A DNA stretch of 64,000 nt from Selaginella moellendorffii (lineage: Eukaryota; Plantae; Lycopodiophyta). Location: contig NW_003314334.1 in NCBI RefSeq assembly GCF_000143415.4, positions 876,108 through 940,107 of the forward strand, in the 5' to 3' direction. The translations under genes were made by a program, and so were the position numbers. Positions 1 to 12,905 of the stretch are shown here, one piece after another. Every line of letters starts with the position of its first letter. Within the stretch, counting starts at the first letter, position 1. Under the pieces are notes generated by a model, which saw only the letters and a program-made list of their open reading frames with translations, searched no databases and had not been told where the DNA came from.

Positions 1-409
1 CAGGTTGCTCTGTTTGTTCCATCGGTGAAAACAACTGAAAAGGGATGGCTGGTGTCTTACCTGCGAGCCATTACTGCTCGACAGTTGTCAATGCTACGGG
101 GTCATATGTTAGAGGTATGTTGAATATGGTATATCTTCATATCTTCGTTATGGATACTATTTGCAGTTTTCGAGACATTTCCAGTACTCGAGCCCTGCTC
201 AGCAACTTGGTCCCGAAGATCTAACTTGGCAGACGGTACGCAAAATTTCTTGCACTGTCGGTGTTTGAGGCTTTTCCATTCAGGTCGCGGGAAAGCTGCA
301 GTCGATAAGGCTGCACATCCGACGAGCACAACGCCTAGTGGATGGAGGCCGGAATGTATGCACATGTGATTGTAGATTTGCCAATGGCTCTTCCGCAGCG
401 ATATTCTAA
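1..409 (+). CDS. 3' end of exostosin-family (GT47) glycosyltransferase, truncated by window start
   Basis: Three GT..AG-bounded exons read by eye: VALFVPSVKTTEKGWLVSYLRAI..LE / FSRHFQYSSPAQQLGPEDLTWQT / VAGKLQSIRLHIRRAQRLVDGGRNVCTCDC..F* (TAA 407-409). This matches the C-terminus of plant GT47 proteins from memory. Not in the ORF track. Confidence 0.8.
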
Positions 410-755
410 GCTGACTTCTTGTGTTTTCCATTCCGAGGGGATCCGGGAAATCAATGGAGAGTTGAGATGGATTTCCATATGAACTGGTACAGTTGCCTCT
501 TTTTCTTGTTTCTGGTGCTAATTTGGTTGTACCGTCGCAGATTTTGTGATCAGAGATGTTGTGATTTTTCCATGCACCTAGAATGCACACGCGAGGATCT
601 GGCAAAGCTATTTCTTTCAAATGGCCGCTAAGAAAGAAGTGTTTTGGTCGCCGAGAAAGAAGTTTTTGGTTCGTGTCATCCAAGTTTATGTCACAGATTC
701 ACCGGTGGGTGTGCTTTCAGATTTTCAAATTTTTAAATCTCCCGCTTTTACAGAG

Positions 756-2221
756 CTATGGAATCCTTTTACCAACTCTTGGCGATCGTCCAGGACTGCT
801 CCCTATACTTCCATTTGTCTTGCCCAGCAGCGCTCGATTCATCTTCCTGGTATCCACCGGAGAAGAGATTCCCTCTGGAGCAGCAAACTCGTGCTTCAAG
901 CTGCCAGGTTTGATGCTCGCTATGGATTTCTCCTCGCTGCTATCATTGTGAACCTTGGCAGATTTCGCCTGGGCTTGGATCCTGCTGGGCGACGACATCG
1001 ACGAGAACTTCCGCTGGGCTTGGACTCCAAACCTCGTGTTTGGCGATCCCGGAGCGAACTTTGGCTGGATGTCGGCGACGATCTTCTTGTAAGAAGCTGG
1101 AACTTGCTGCTTACTTCTCCCGGGGCTTTGGATCACTGCCGGTAGCCTCGCAGGAGAATTACTCCCTGCCTTGGGTTCCTCCAAACTCTCCCAGGATCTG
1201 GAAGTCATCCACTGTTCCAGCCAGCTCCAACTCCAGGCAGGCTTGTCATCGTCGTCACTGCTAGAACTCGGCGGTGATGCGTCTTTGGGATACGACCTCC
1301 ATAGCTACAAGACAGTGTGGTTCCAAGGGAATAAAATTGGATTCTTTCTTCTCTTTTCTTGTTTCTTACCTGGTGTGAGAAGGCATAGGCCAGAGTGCGC
1401 TCGCGTTTCGCTGCTGCTGCGTTCTTGCTTTGAATTTTTGCGCGGATTTGATCCTTGGACAGGATGCTGTCGTCCCAATCGCCAACTTGTTCTTCCTGTT
1501 CATCCAGAGATCTTGTGATATCTTTGCCCAAAATCTCTTTCTTTCGCGGTAGAAAACGTCACCTCTTGTTTTTCTTGGTCTTCTTTTCGCTCGCCAGGGT
1601 GGTTTCGGAATCTGGCTCGCTCCAATCGTACCTGGGATTGCATCTTCGCGAAGGATTGGATGCATCGCATTGCGTGAGAGGTCTGCTTGCTCGCCGCCTT
1701 TCCATGCAGCATGGATTGGAGCCTCTGCAAGGCTTTCATCGCCTTCACTTTCTTCCTCGCCTGGTACAAAGATTCACTGATAAAAATCTCATTTTGATAC
1801 GAATTTTCTTACTGCGACCCCACGAAATGCTGCTTGAATCTTCACTGCTGCCAATTCCTCCTGGGATTTCTCCGGCGTTGGAGTGGAGTCAGCCACATTC
1901 TCTTCTAAATTCTCGGGAGAATTGGGAGGAGGAGAATTGGATGGTGGCACTATAACACATTCCTCTGTTACAGCTTCTTGCTGGGCCTCGTTTTTCTCTT
2001 CCAAAATCTTACCATTGGAATTCAGCTCTTTCTTCTTTTCGTGAACCTATCAACCAGTAGTAGATCATCAAGAAGAATGACTACGATTGACTCGAAAGAA
2101 AGCTTACCAGGAGGATTCCATTTGTATCGCCCAGTTTCTTCTTGAATCCTTTGAGCCCCTTGAGTGAAACAAAAGCCTTGGCTTTCCTGACCAGCGAGAG
2201 CCACTTGCTAGATCTTCCCAT
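756..2221 (-). CDS. IQD: IQ67-domain (IQD) calmodulin-binding protein, multi-exon
   Basis: Start MGRSSKWLSLVRKA; IQ motif AAVKIQAAFRG followed by an intron; ALQRLQSM; WDDSILSKDQI..AAAKRERTLAYAFSHQ; SWSWLEQWMTSRSWE; basic Ser-rich tail. Confidence 0.9.
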
Positions 2222-2278
2222 CGCATCCAAATGAAAGAAAGAAGAAAACTCCTACTCAAGAAATTTACACAATTTGAT

Positions 2279-2280
<2 letters not shown>

Positions 2281-2310
<30 letters not shown>
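2281..2310. repeat. (TC)15 microsatellite upstream of the IQD start codon
   Basis: Directly visible perfect TC run. Confidence 0.95.
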
Positions 2311-2312
<2 letters not shown>

Positions 2313-4072
2313 ATTTCTAGCTCGATTGGATCAAAATCTAGAAAAAAAGATGCAAAGCCTCGATCGAGAGAAATATATGGAGAGTGGAGATGCAGAGCCA
2401 TTGCCAAACAGCAAAAGCTTTTTAAGTGCCCTAGTTGGAACGGAAGGAAGAGAGTCCCTCCACTAAAAATGCATCGCTTTGCTAAAAGAATTCCGGTCTC
2501 AAAATCCATTTTTTGCTCGATAATCATTCCCTGGGCGATGATTAGCCTGTGTGCTTGTGATGTTGGAGCCATTGATTATCGATCATGAACTCTCGAGTTG
2601 GAGAAATGATATATCGACGACGAGACCGCACGAACTAAGAGGAAGTTTAGAGTTCCTTTTATTCGAGTGGGGTCCTTTTGAGCGAGGGAGACAAGCCAAG
2701 TTTTGATGGCTTAACCAGAAAAGAAAGCGCCCTCCAAACAATCCCGAGAGGTGGTGAGTTTCAATCGGGGAGAGTTTGGCATGGCTTGCTTGGAAACGGT
2801 ATCAAAACCCATTCCATCAAGTTGATGTCCAAAACTACTATACATTTTTCCGTCGTTTAGATTGTTTCTCAGGAACAGAGAAGATTAAAATGCTCCGGAA
2901 AATGCATTGGATGTCCCCAAATCCATGGACAGGCTTCCCGTCGTAAGCCGCTCTGGAATCTCGATCGTGGATTCACGAGCTGGGCTCTTCCATTTTTTAA
3001 GCTCACGACTTGGCTTGCGAAGAACCCTTTGGATCTCAAGAGACAATTCCACTGTAGTGTTCCTCAAGATTCCTCAAGATAAGATGATCACGCCCAAGTT
3101 CGAAAGAGATTTGGCTCCAATGTCAAGGACAAGGGAATGCTTCCAATTTTTCTCTCTAAGTGACTTTCTTGCGAGGTTTATTAGGGTTTCATGGCTTAGG
3201 GCTCATGGAACTAAATGCCAACTTTTTGCGTAGGATTTTTTGTTTGGGACGTTTTCTTTCTGCGCGAGATAGCAGCCACGAATGAAAAGAGAAGGGATGA
3301 ACGTTTTTGCGCTGTGGGTCCGAAAGTCGAGAACCAAAAGCAAGAACTTTCACACGTGCCTGGAGAGCAGAAAGAATGGAAGTGCTTGAAATTGACTACA
3401 AATTCGGTCGTTTTATAGATTTCTCCTTCTCTGGATTCGTCCATGGCAAAAGTTCGAGCTCCAGCGCCAGAGGACCAACGAATCCTTCGTCCAGTGTCTA
3501 TCACAGAGAAAGAAACTAGCTTTCAATGAAAACGAACGCTTACCAAATTAACTTGTAGGTGTGATCTGATTATCCCCAGTCAAGGATTTCGGTGCGATAT
3601 GATTGAACAGCTCGGCATCTACAAAGTCATCAGCCTGATAATTATCGTGATCTATAAACAAAGCTCCAATTACCTCGGGATCAACATCCTGTGATAGATA
3701 TTCCCCATCCCCAGCAATATAAAGCGTGTCTTCCACTCCTTCCTACAACACTGAGCGAGCGTGTGAGTCGAGCAAGAGAGAAAGAGAGTCCTGCTAGCTT
3801 GTCCTTGCCTGCTTTTTACAAACTGCTTCCACGCTCGAGCAAACTCATCACCACACTCATTGTGTCATAGAGTACCTTGAAATTCGTCAATCCTGGTCTG
3901 GAGCGTAAGAAACACATAGAATCGGCGAAAAAACCAAGAGAACCTGTACTGTGTATAGGCGAAGGCTACCTCAAAGATTAGTTTCTCCCGTAGTCTATCA
4001 CTTCTCGTCCGCTAGAAGAAAGTTCCGAGGCTCACTCCTTGATTCTAAGCTTTTCGCAGCTTTCGTGCAGTC

Positions 4073-6201
4073 ATGGCAGAGGTTGTAGGAGATGGATCCT
4101 TGGATCACAAAGGAAACCCCGCCATCAGGTCCGCTACCGGCGGATGGAAACGAGCCGTTCTGGTCTTCGGTATGTAGTTCAAAGTTTTCTCTTAAGTTTC
4201 GCTGTTGGTTCCGTAACAGGACCGGAGCTCTGCGAGCGAATGACGACGCTGGGTGTTGCCACGAATCTGGTGACTTATCTCACCAACGATCTGCACCTCT
4301 CCAACACCAAAGCTCCAAACATCGTCACGAACTTCCTGGGTACTTCTTTCATGTTGTGCCTTCTGGGAGGATTCATAGCCGATACTTACATCGGCCGGTT
4401 CTGGACCGTCGCTATCGCTGCAACAATCCAGTTCCTGGTAATCTGAAGAACTACAGAGTTAGAAGCTGAAAAACAATGATTCGTGGTTTTTGCAGGGAAT
4501 GCTTGTTCTCACCATTCTCACCTCACTCCCATCACTGAGGCCTCCTCACTGCGTCCACGACTGCCCTCCCGCGAAGGCCAAGCAGCTCAGCCTGCTCTAT
4601 CTCGCGCTCTACCTCTCCGCACTGGGAACCGGCGGCATCAAGTCCAACGTCTCTGCATTCGGAGCCGATCAGTTCGATAAGAACGAGCCGAAGGAGCAGA
4701 AGCTCATGTCTTACTTTTTCAACTGGTTCTTCGTTTCCATCTCGGTGGGAGCTCTCTTCTCCCTCACCGTGCTCGTCTACATCCAGGACAACGTCGGCAG
4801 AGGCTGGGGATACGGCATCTGCGCTGCTGCCATGCTGCTCGCCATCGTCATTTTCCTGGCCGGGACGCGCATGTACCGCTACAAGGCACCGTCAGGAAGC
4901 CCCTTAACTCGCATCGCGAAAGTTGTCGTAGCCGCTGTCAGGAAGCACAAGCTGGAGCTCCCCCGGGACCAAAGTTCTTTGTATGGGTCACTTGGCCCTG
5001 GCAAAGATGCTGAAGATCCAGCCAGCGACCAGAGCGCCAGGCACACAAATCAATTCAGGCACGTGAACTCCATCCTTTTCTGCTTCCTCTGCTTCTTTTG
5101 CTTTGGTTGCTCGTCTTTTGCTTTCTTCTCCTGTCCGCTGAAGAACACGTTAAGTTTAGTTTAGTTCGTTGAGAGCAAGCAAAGAAGTAAAACCCCCGCT
5201 GCTTAGTCCAGTCCCTCTACTATCATCACGACAAAGCATTCTAGCACATAGATTGTCATAGATAAGTTACCTCCACTTATATGAGTTTGGTCGTTTTGTC
5301 ATCTTGCCCCGCCAACTTGCGCTCACAGCTTTATCAGTACAGGTTCCTCGACAAGGCCGCGGTTCTAGAACCCAGCGACGACGAGATTTACGACGAGAAT
5401 CCAAAGCCATGGAGGCTGTGCACCGTAACACAGATCGAAGAAGTCAAGATGGTGCTTAGATTACTCCCAATCTGGGCCACCACCATCACCTTTTACACAG
5501 TCTACGCTCAGATGCTCACCTTCTCGGTCGTCCAAGGCTCCAAGATGGACAGAAAGATGGGCAGCTTCCTCTTCCCGTCAGCGTCCTCGGCAGCGTTCCT
5601 GTTCGCCACCATCATGGTCACAGTCACGGTCTACGATCGCTTCATCGTACCTCTGATGCGAAAGCTCACGGGCCATCCTCAAGGAATCACGACGCTGCAG
5701 AGAATCGGCGTGGGTCTGGTGGTGGCGATCCTGGCGATGGTGGTGGCTGCCATGGTCGAGAGGCGACGAGTTAGAATCGCGAGAGAGAACAAGCTACTCG
5801 ACTCACCGGACGTGCCGGTTCCAATGAGCGTGCTGTGGATCCTCCCACAGTACGTGCTGGTTGGGATAGGCGAGGCCTTCACTTACATTGGCCAGTTGGA
5901 GTTCTTCTACCGCGAATCGCCGGATGGGATGCAGAGCCTGGGAGTGGGATTGTTCCTCAGCACCATCTCGCTAGGGTTCTTCCTCAGCAGCTTTCTGGTA
6001 TCGGTGGTGGACAGTGTCACCAGGGGCGGCGGCAGCGGCGGATGGATCGCCAATAATCTGAATCGCAGCCGACTGGATGATTTCTACTGGCTGCTGGCGG
6101 TGGTGTCGTCTGCGAATCTGGTGCTCTACCTCATCTGTGCGAGATGGTACAAGTACCGCCGAGCTGTATCACATTCTACAGGCACTAGCGCACATTTCTG
6201 A
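4073..6201 (+). CDS. NRT1/PTR family (NPF) proton-coupled transporter, NPF6/NRT1.1-like, 4 exons
   Basis: ATG 4073 MAEVVGDGSLDHKGNPAIRSATGGW; ExxER motif ELCERM; GGFIADTYIGR; LGTGGIKSNVSAFGADQFD; WRLCTVTQIEEVK; GQLEFFYRESPDGMQS; LDDFYWLL. Confidence 0.95.
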
Positions 6202-6900
6202 GACACCTCACATTCAACTCACTTTATTAATAATATGAAAAAAAAGAAAAAAGAAATTTAAGTATCATAGCACCTAATAAAACTTTAATATTTTTAAGCA
6301 TTGAGTTGGTAATTAATGTTTTAACTTTATAAGCCAAAAACTAAATTATTGTTGTTCTTATATTAGATTTTCTTATAGGAGAATACTATGGCAATTTACT
6401 CTCATTATTTATTACAAAGTTATGAATTGCAATTCAAATATGTTTTTTAGCCCCTTGAAATAATAAATATTTATTAATGCTGAGATTTTAAAATTATATA
6501 TATATATATATAAAATATTTTTATATATATATGATTTAATATATAAAACAAGAGTATAAAACTTTTAAATTAAAGGAAATTACATTTTTTACTTCTAATT
6601 TTTAAGTATATAAATATAATATAATAAAAAAATTACCTCAAAATAAAGCTTTCACAAAAAAACAGAAATATATTAAATAAGGTTACATTATTTGCTAGTT
6701 TTGGAAATTTTGCCCACCTCATGCATATTAAATTGGCAAACTATAAATCACCATACACAAACTTATCAGCATCGCATTTTGGACTCTATGTTTTTGTGAC
6801 CAAAATAAAACCTTTATATATATTAAATATATATTTTTAAAAATATTACACCCATTAAATACATATATTTAAATTAGAATTTTATGTAAGAATAATATTC

Positions 6901-7076
6901 TGTGAGTGCATGGAATATGGAAAGGGAATACAGAAATGTGCATATTCAATTAGCCTAAAAACCCTAGCTTATATACAGGAGCGAGTGGTCCGGATTGAAA
7001 CCAATCCGACGGCTACCAAAATCCCACTACGCTAATATTAGTATACGGCATCATAATCATACACTTTGCCCTCACA
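6901..7076 (-). repeat. 3' LTR of gypsy element (176 bp)
   Basis: Direct repeat of 11739-11913. It is preceded on the minus strand by a polypurine tract GAGAGGAGGGGA (about 7080-7091). Confidence 0.93.
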
Positions 7077-10000
7077 TCATCCCCTCCTCTCGGAATAATG
7101 GAAGACCATCAGGGTTCTCTTGTAGACGGGCTGGGATTTGGAGGAACATCAAGAGGAGGCATCGGCGGATCTGTAGATGGTATTAACCGCTCCTAATCCT
7201 TTTGTATGAAGCGTTTCAACCGCTGCATATGCACAATCTCTGGAGGATCGGCCTGCTGGACATCATACCGAACCTCATAAACTTGTGGTCTAACTTGCCG
7301 CAACACCCGATACAGTCCTTTCCACTGTGCAAGGAGCCCCTTAAATAAACCACGTACCGTAAGATGGGGAAAACAGACTAACACCAAATCATCCACTTTG
7401 TACTCCGCATGTGGACGATGATGGGAGTTGTAGTGCCGTTGTTGTCCCACTTGTACGCGGCCTAAGTGTTCGGCAGACTCCGCTCGGACAAGTGGAAAAA
7501 TGCTAGTCAAATATTGATCCTATGACCTAGCATCCGCAGCTCGTGGCAATCACGAAGGTAAATCTAGCTCCGTTGGTAATATTGGATCATGACTATATAG
7601 GAGTTTATATGGTGAAGCACCAACAGAACTCTGCACCCCAGTGACATATGCATACCGAAGAGACGGCAAATAACCATCCCAATCCGAATGCTGAAAGTTC
7701 ACATACTTTGCAATCATCCCCTTGAACGTCTGAACGAGCCGTTCCACCAGACTGTCTGATTGTGGATGATAAGCACTCGTGAAAGTGTGGCGAATCCCCA
7801 ACCGAGACGTCAAAACATGAAATGCCTCAGCCATAAATGCGGGACCATTATCCGAAAGAATCCGCTCTGGACAAGAATGTTGGAACACCACTCGATTGAG
7901 GAGGAAGTATCCAACAGCAGTTGCAGAGGCGTTAGCAAGAGCACCAACTTCCACCCAACGAGTCAAATAGTCAGAAGCAATAATAACATACTCATTGCCA
8001 GCAGTCGACCATGGAAAAGGTCCCATAAGATCAAACACCACCAACTCAAATGGACGAGAAACTGCAATTGACTCTAACCATCCTTCGGCAGCCCGAGGGG
8101 GAATATTACGAGCTTGGCACCAAATGCAGCTACGCACATACCGAATAATATCACGTCGCATCTCTGGCCAATAGAAAGACCTGTGTAGCTTCTCGATTAC
8201 ACGGCGATGTCCCATATGCCCACCTAGAACAGGAGAATCATGGTAGGCATGGAGAAACCGTGGAATAAAGATAGAAGGCACCACCAGCCGTAAATGATCA
8301 TCAGGATCTGTCCCCACAAAATAAAGAAGGCCATCTTCAAGACGATATTGAGAATGTAAATGCAGGAAAGGCAAGTCATTAGCAAGTGATGTAGGATTCT
8401 CAAACCCATCTCGAAACCTTCCAATCCATGGCTCAATCTTTTGAGCCTCGCGAACCTCATCAAGCGAAGGTAGATCTTGCTCTGCACCTTGTGGACACTG
8501 AACATCAAGGATAGCAACCACCGACGGCACAGAATCCTCGTCTAGAAAATCCACAGATGCTGGAACGACAAGCTCATTAGAAACATGAGAAGAGAGTGAA
8601 GAAGGAAGAGGAGCTCGAGAAAGGGCATCAGCATCAGCCATAGAACTCCCTGGGCGGTGAACAACATCAAAATCATATATCTGAAGCTTCAAAGCCCACT
8701 GAGCAGTACGAACAACCAGATTCTTCTGCTTTAATAACGAAGTAACAGCAGTATGGACACCTTCAGGTAACGTCCAAAAACCATGTAGATATGCATGAAG
8801 TTTCTCGAAACCCCAGACTGCTGCTAAACACTCCTTCTCTATCGTGGAGTAGTTCATCTCCGCTGGTTGTAATGTATGGCTTATATATGCAATGGGATGA
8901 CACTGACCAGGCACACTCGAGCTCTTTTGCATTAAAACACCTTCAAGACTAATGTCAGAAGCATCCACGCGCAAAATAAAAGGTCAAGTGTAGTCAGGAT
9001 ATGCGAAAATTGGAGGAGTTGTCAATAATTCTTTGAGATCCCTGAATGCCTACTCACAATCTGGAGACCAAATGAAAGATGACATTGATGACTTCAGCAA
9101 CGCTCGCAATGGTGCAGTGCGATTAGAAAGATGATCCACAAAACGCCCAAGATACTGCACCTTGCCCAAGAAGCGCTGCACATCATTCACACACTTCGAA
9201 GTAGGGAACTTTAGAACAACCACAAGTTTGTCAGGATCAATTTGCAAACCCTCACGAGAAATATGGTACCCGAGATAAGTTGTGTCCTTGGATCCAAACA
9301 TGCACTTCGACCGCTTCAGCTTTAAACCAACGTCACGTAGCCGATCCAACACTTTACAAACATCACGAACGTGCTCCTCCCACATCCCCTCCGAGTGAAT
9401 CAAAAAATCATCAATGAAGTCAGCAGTCACCTCCGGCATATCACAAAGAACCTCGTCCATCATCTGTTGAAAAGTTGCTGGAGCATTGTTCAAACCAAAT
9501 GGCATCACCAAGAACTCATACAAACCAAATGGTGTACGAAAAGCAATCTTAGGAATATCTTCTTCGGCCATCGGTAGTTGCCAGTACCCAAAAGCAAGAT
9601 CTAGCTTGGTGAACCAACGACTTCGCCCCAGACGATCCAAGAGATCAGCAGTGTGAGGAAGAGGGTACACATCCGAGATCGTTACGTCATTTAATGGACG
9701 ATAGTCAATGCAGAAACGAATACTCCCATTAGGCTTCATCACAAGATGAGGTTCACATGCCCAAGGACTCCGTGACTTCCGAATAACACCCTTCTCCAAC
9801 ATTTCCTTGACATTTGCACATAAAATCTTGATCTCCTTTAGTGACTGATGACGAACAGGAACCATGATTAGACGAGCATCCCCAGTTGAAATCGGATGAT
9901 GTGTGGCAATCTTGGCTCCAGACGATAGGTCAAAGTCAAAGAAATCAGAATACTCCTTCATGAGCCGGTCAACTGCTGCAACACAAAGATCGTCGGAGGG

Positions 10001-11738
10001 ATCGGAAAAAGGAAGAGCAGAACAAAATGGAAATATAAGAGGAAATAGTGGGGAAACAAAAGTAATGGAAGCAGAGGTAGAAGTAGAAGGACGAAGAGGT
10101 ACGAAAGTGTGAGGAATGGATGAAACATAAGGAAGTATGAGACAAGGGGGAGAAGCCTTAAAATCACACTTGGCATAATTGCGCTGCAACCAATCCATAC
10201 CAAGAATGAGGTCAAAAGCTTGACTTGGCACCACCTGCAACAACTGCAACTCAAGCTCGAGATTACCCACACGCACAACCAGGTCTACCTCATCCCGTGC
10301 ACATGCATGTGTACAGCCGTTGCCATAAAGAATAAAAACTGGTTCTGCCACACGACACAAGTGTAGACGACAACGTGTGGCAACAAGTCGAGCAATAGAA
10401 GATAAACTCGAACCTGTATCAACCAACACAGAGAGAATAATATGAGACCTCTTGTTATAAAGATGAACTTGGAAAGTAAACACTGGATGAATTGGTGCCG
10501 AGTGAACCCCTTGATGATACTCCCGAAAGAAAGATGGAGGGGTCACTGACTTATTCGCGCAAGGTCCCTCTGTTACTCATGCGACTCCTCGTTTCCCGGA
10601 TGCATCTCAGTGTCCAAACCTTTCATTGCAGCAGCACCAACAGGACGTTGCTGATGCCAAGGTCTCCACCCAGGAAATGGAGGTCACCAATCCAGAAAAC
10701 GCCGACAACGCCGATAAGTATGACCAACTTCATCACATGCCCAGTAGCGAACATCACGGCAATGACCACGTCCTCGCCCTTGACTTTGGACTCGAGCAGC
10801 AGCAGCATCAACCTCCATTGGAATAGGACCATCACCCACAGAAAGTGGAGTTGAAGGACATGCAGCGAGAAGTGGAAGAGGCAACATCTCATAACGTTGG
10901 GCCAAACAAAGAGTATCGTCAAGGGTGGCAGGAGCAAGTGCATGCACAAGTCCAACAAGATCTTGACACAGTGCTGGCCACAACATTCCTAACTTGATTC
11001 GCTCCGACATATTTGGCTCCGCACGAAGCAAAAGACTTCGGAAACGAACACCAAATTGCATTACCGACTCAGATGGCCCTTGGCAAAGACGATGCAATTG
11101 TTAGAAAGCATCATCACAGTCATCGGTATGTCCGAAGGCGCGTTTGAAGACAGCCGGAAGAACACTCCAATCCCCGCGAGTGGGTGCTCCCAAACCGTTG
11201 TACCACTGCAACGCCGTCCCTTGGAGACACGTGGGAAACTCACGCAAACGTTGAGCATTATCGAAAGAATGATATGTGGCAATCACCATAAAGTTATCGA
11301 ACCAATGGTACACATCATCCCCAGGATTCCCGCAAACGAACTCCGGCCGAATGCGAGGATTGGCACCAAGAGCAGGAGGAGTTGTACCATGTGCCGTGAA
11401 TGCTGCCATCAACTGAGTTTGGTTGTTCAATTGCAAGCGCATAGCATCAAGCAATTGTACCAACTGCTGCTCTAGAGTCAAAGGAGGAGATTGCTGATCT
11501 GCCATGGAGACGAATGAAAAAGAAAGAGTAAAAAAAGATAAATGACAAAAAGCTAGAAGGAAATGGTAGATCCAGACAATGCAAAAAGCTAGATCTAAAC
11601 CAAAATCCTGAAAAGAAAGAACAAAAGAAAGGAAATGGAAAAAGCTAGATCTAGACAATGCAAAAGCTAAATCTAAACTAAAATCCCAAATCCAAGCACT
11701 CCCCAGGGACAATCAAAGGTGCCCCTCACCTCCACTAA

Positions 11739-11913
11739 TGTGAGTGTATGGAATATGGAATGGGAATACAGAAATATGCATATCAATTAGCCTAAAAACC
11801 TTAGTTTATATATGGGAGTGAGTGGTTCGGATTGAAATCAATCCGATGGCTACCAAAATCCCACTACGCTAATATTAGTATATGGCATCGTAACCATACA
11901 CTTGGCCCTCACA
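11739..11913 (-). repeat. 5' LTR of gypsy element (175 bp)
   Basis: Direct repeat of 6901-7076 (hand count: 15 substitutions, 13 of them transitions, and 1 indel). It is followed on the minus strand by PBS-like TAGTGGAGGTGAGGGG, resembling the complement of a tRNA-Ala 3' end. Confidence 0.93.
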
Positions 11914-12905
11914 TCATTCCAAAAAATATATGGAACAATACAAAAATTTATATGGTTGAGTTTTTGTACTACTTTCTAAAAACTTTAGTATTTAATGAAA
12001 GAAAATATCATAGTTTTATTAGTATAAATAAAATAATCACAGCAGAAACACAGCTTTTGCATTTAGCACAAGCCTTGCATTTGTTACTAACACCTAATCT
12101 AGAGTCACAAATGTGGTTGATGCTAAATATTATTTTTATTAAATATGTTAAAATAATATTTAAATTATTTATTCTTCTTTGCATTTAAAAGTAATATTTA
12201 AAAAAAATTTACACCATTAAATTTAGAGATTGAACTTCTCAAAAATATAAGGAGTAACATAGATATTGATGTGGTTGAGTTTTTATTTTACTTTAAGTAC
12301 TTTAATAATTTTTGGTATTCAAAAGAAAAAAATGTTAAAATTTTAATAGTATGTTTTTATTTCTTAAAAGAAATTTAAAATTTCTATTTATATTTAATTT
12401 GAATTATAATAATAATATAATAATATTTTTCTAATTCTAAATTTAAACAATGCATAAAGGATTTTTTAATATGTTATACAATATAGAGTTTTATATATTT
12501 GCTATCAACCCCATTCATCTTTATCTCATTTATTGTTATTTCTTTTCATGGCTTTCAAATGCAAGGTGTCAAGGCTTTGAAAATTTTGTTTGCAAAATTA
12601 AAAATTTACAATAACATTTTTTTTCAATTTTTCACTTTAAATTTTGAAATAAATTTTAAAAATATAACCTTTTCAGCCAGTTGAGCCTTAAGGTGTAACT
12701 TAAAATATTTTTTTACAATTACATTTATTATTGTTTTTTTTCGTTTTTTCTTGAAATATCAATCTACAATATAGTTTAAATTATAGCATGCATAATTTGA
12801 AAGAAAAAGAACTGATAAATGTTTTAATTTCTTTTTAGATCACATTGAAATTAATTTCAATTGATCAAATCAAATCCATCAAGATAGCTCATGCTGCATG
12901 TGATA

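Larger units (their letters stand above)
6901..11913 (-). mobile_element. Ty3/gypsy LTR retrotransposon (non-chromovirus), full length but with in-frame stops
   Basis: Two LTRs of about 175 bp (TGTGAG..CTCACA). Minus strand: gag from ATG 11505 with a degenerate knuckle (WACDEVGHTYRRC), protease VDTGS, RT (FIDD), RNase H (DAS..NYSTIEKEC), integrase (GHMGH..CIWC, SDNG). Domain order PR-RT-RH-INT. Confidence 0.95.

Noticed and set aside
102-683. 193-aa minus-strand ORF
   Set aside because: It is antisense to the spliced GT47 exons and 3' UTR on the plus strand and has no recognisable motifs.
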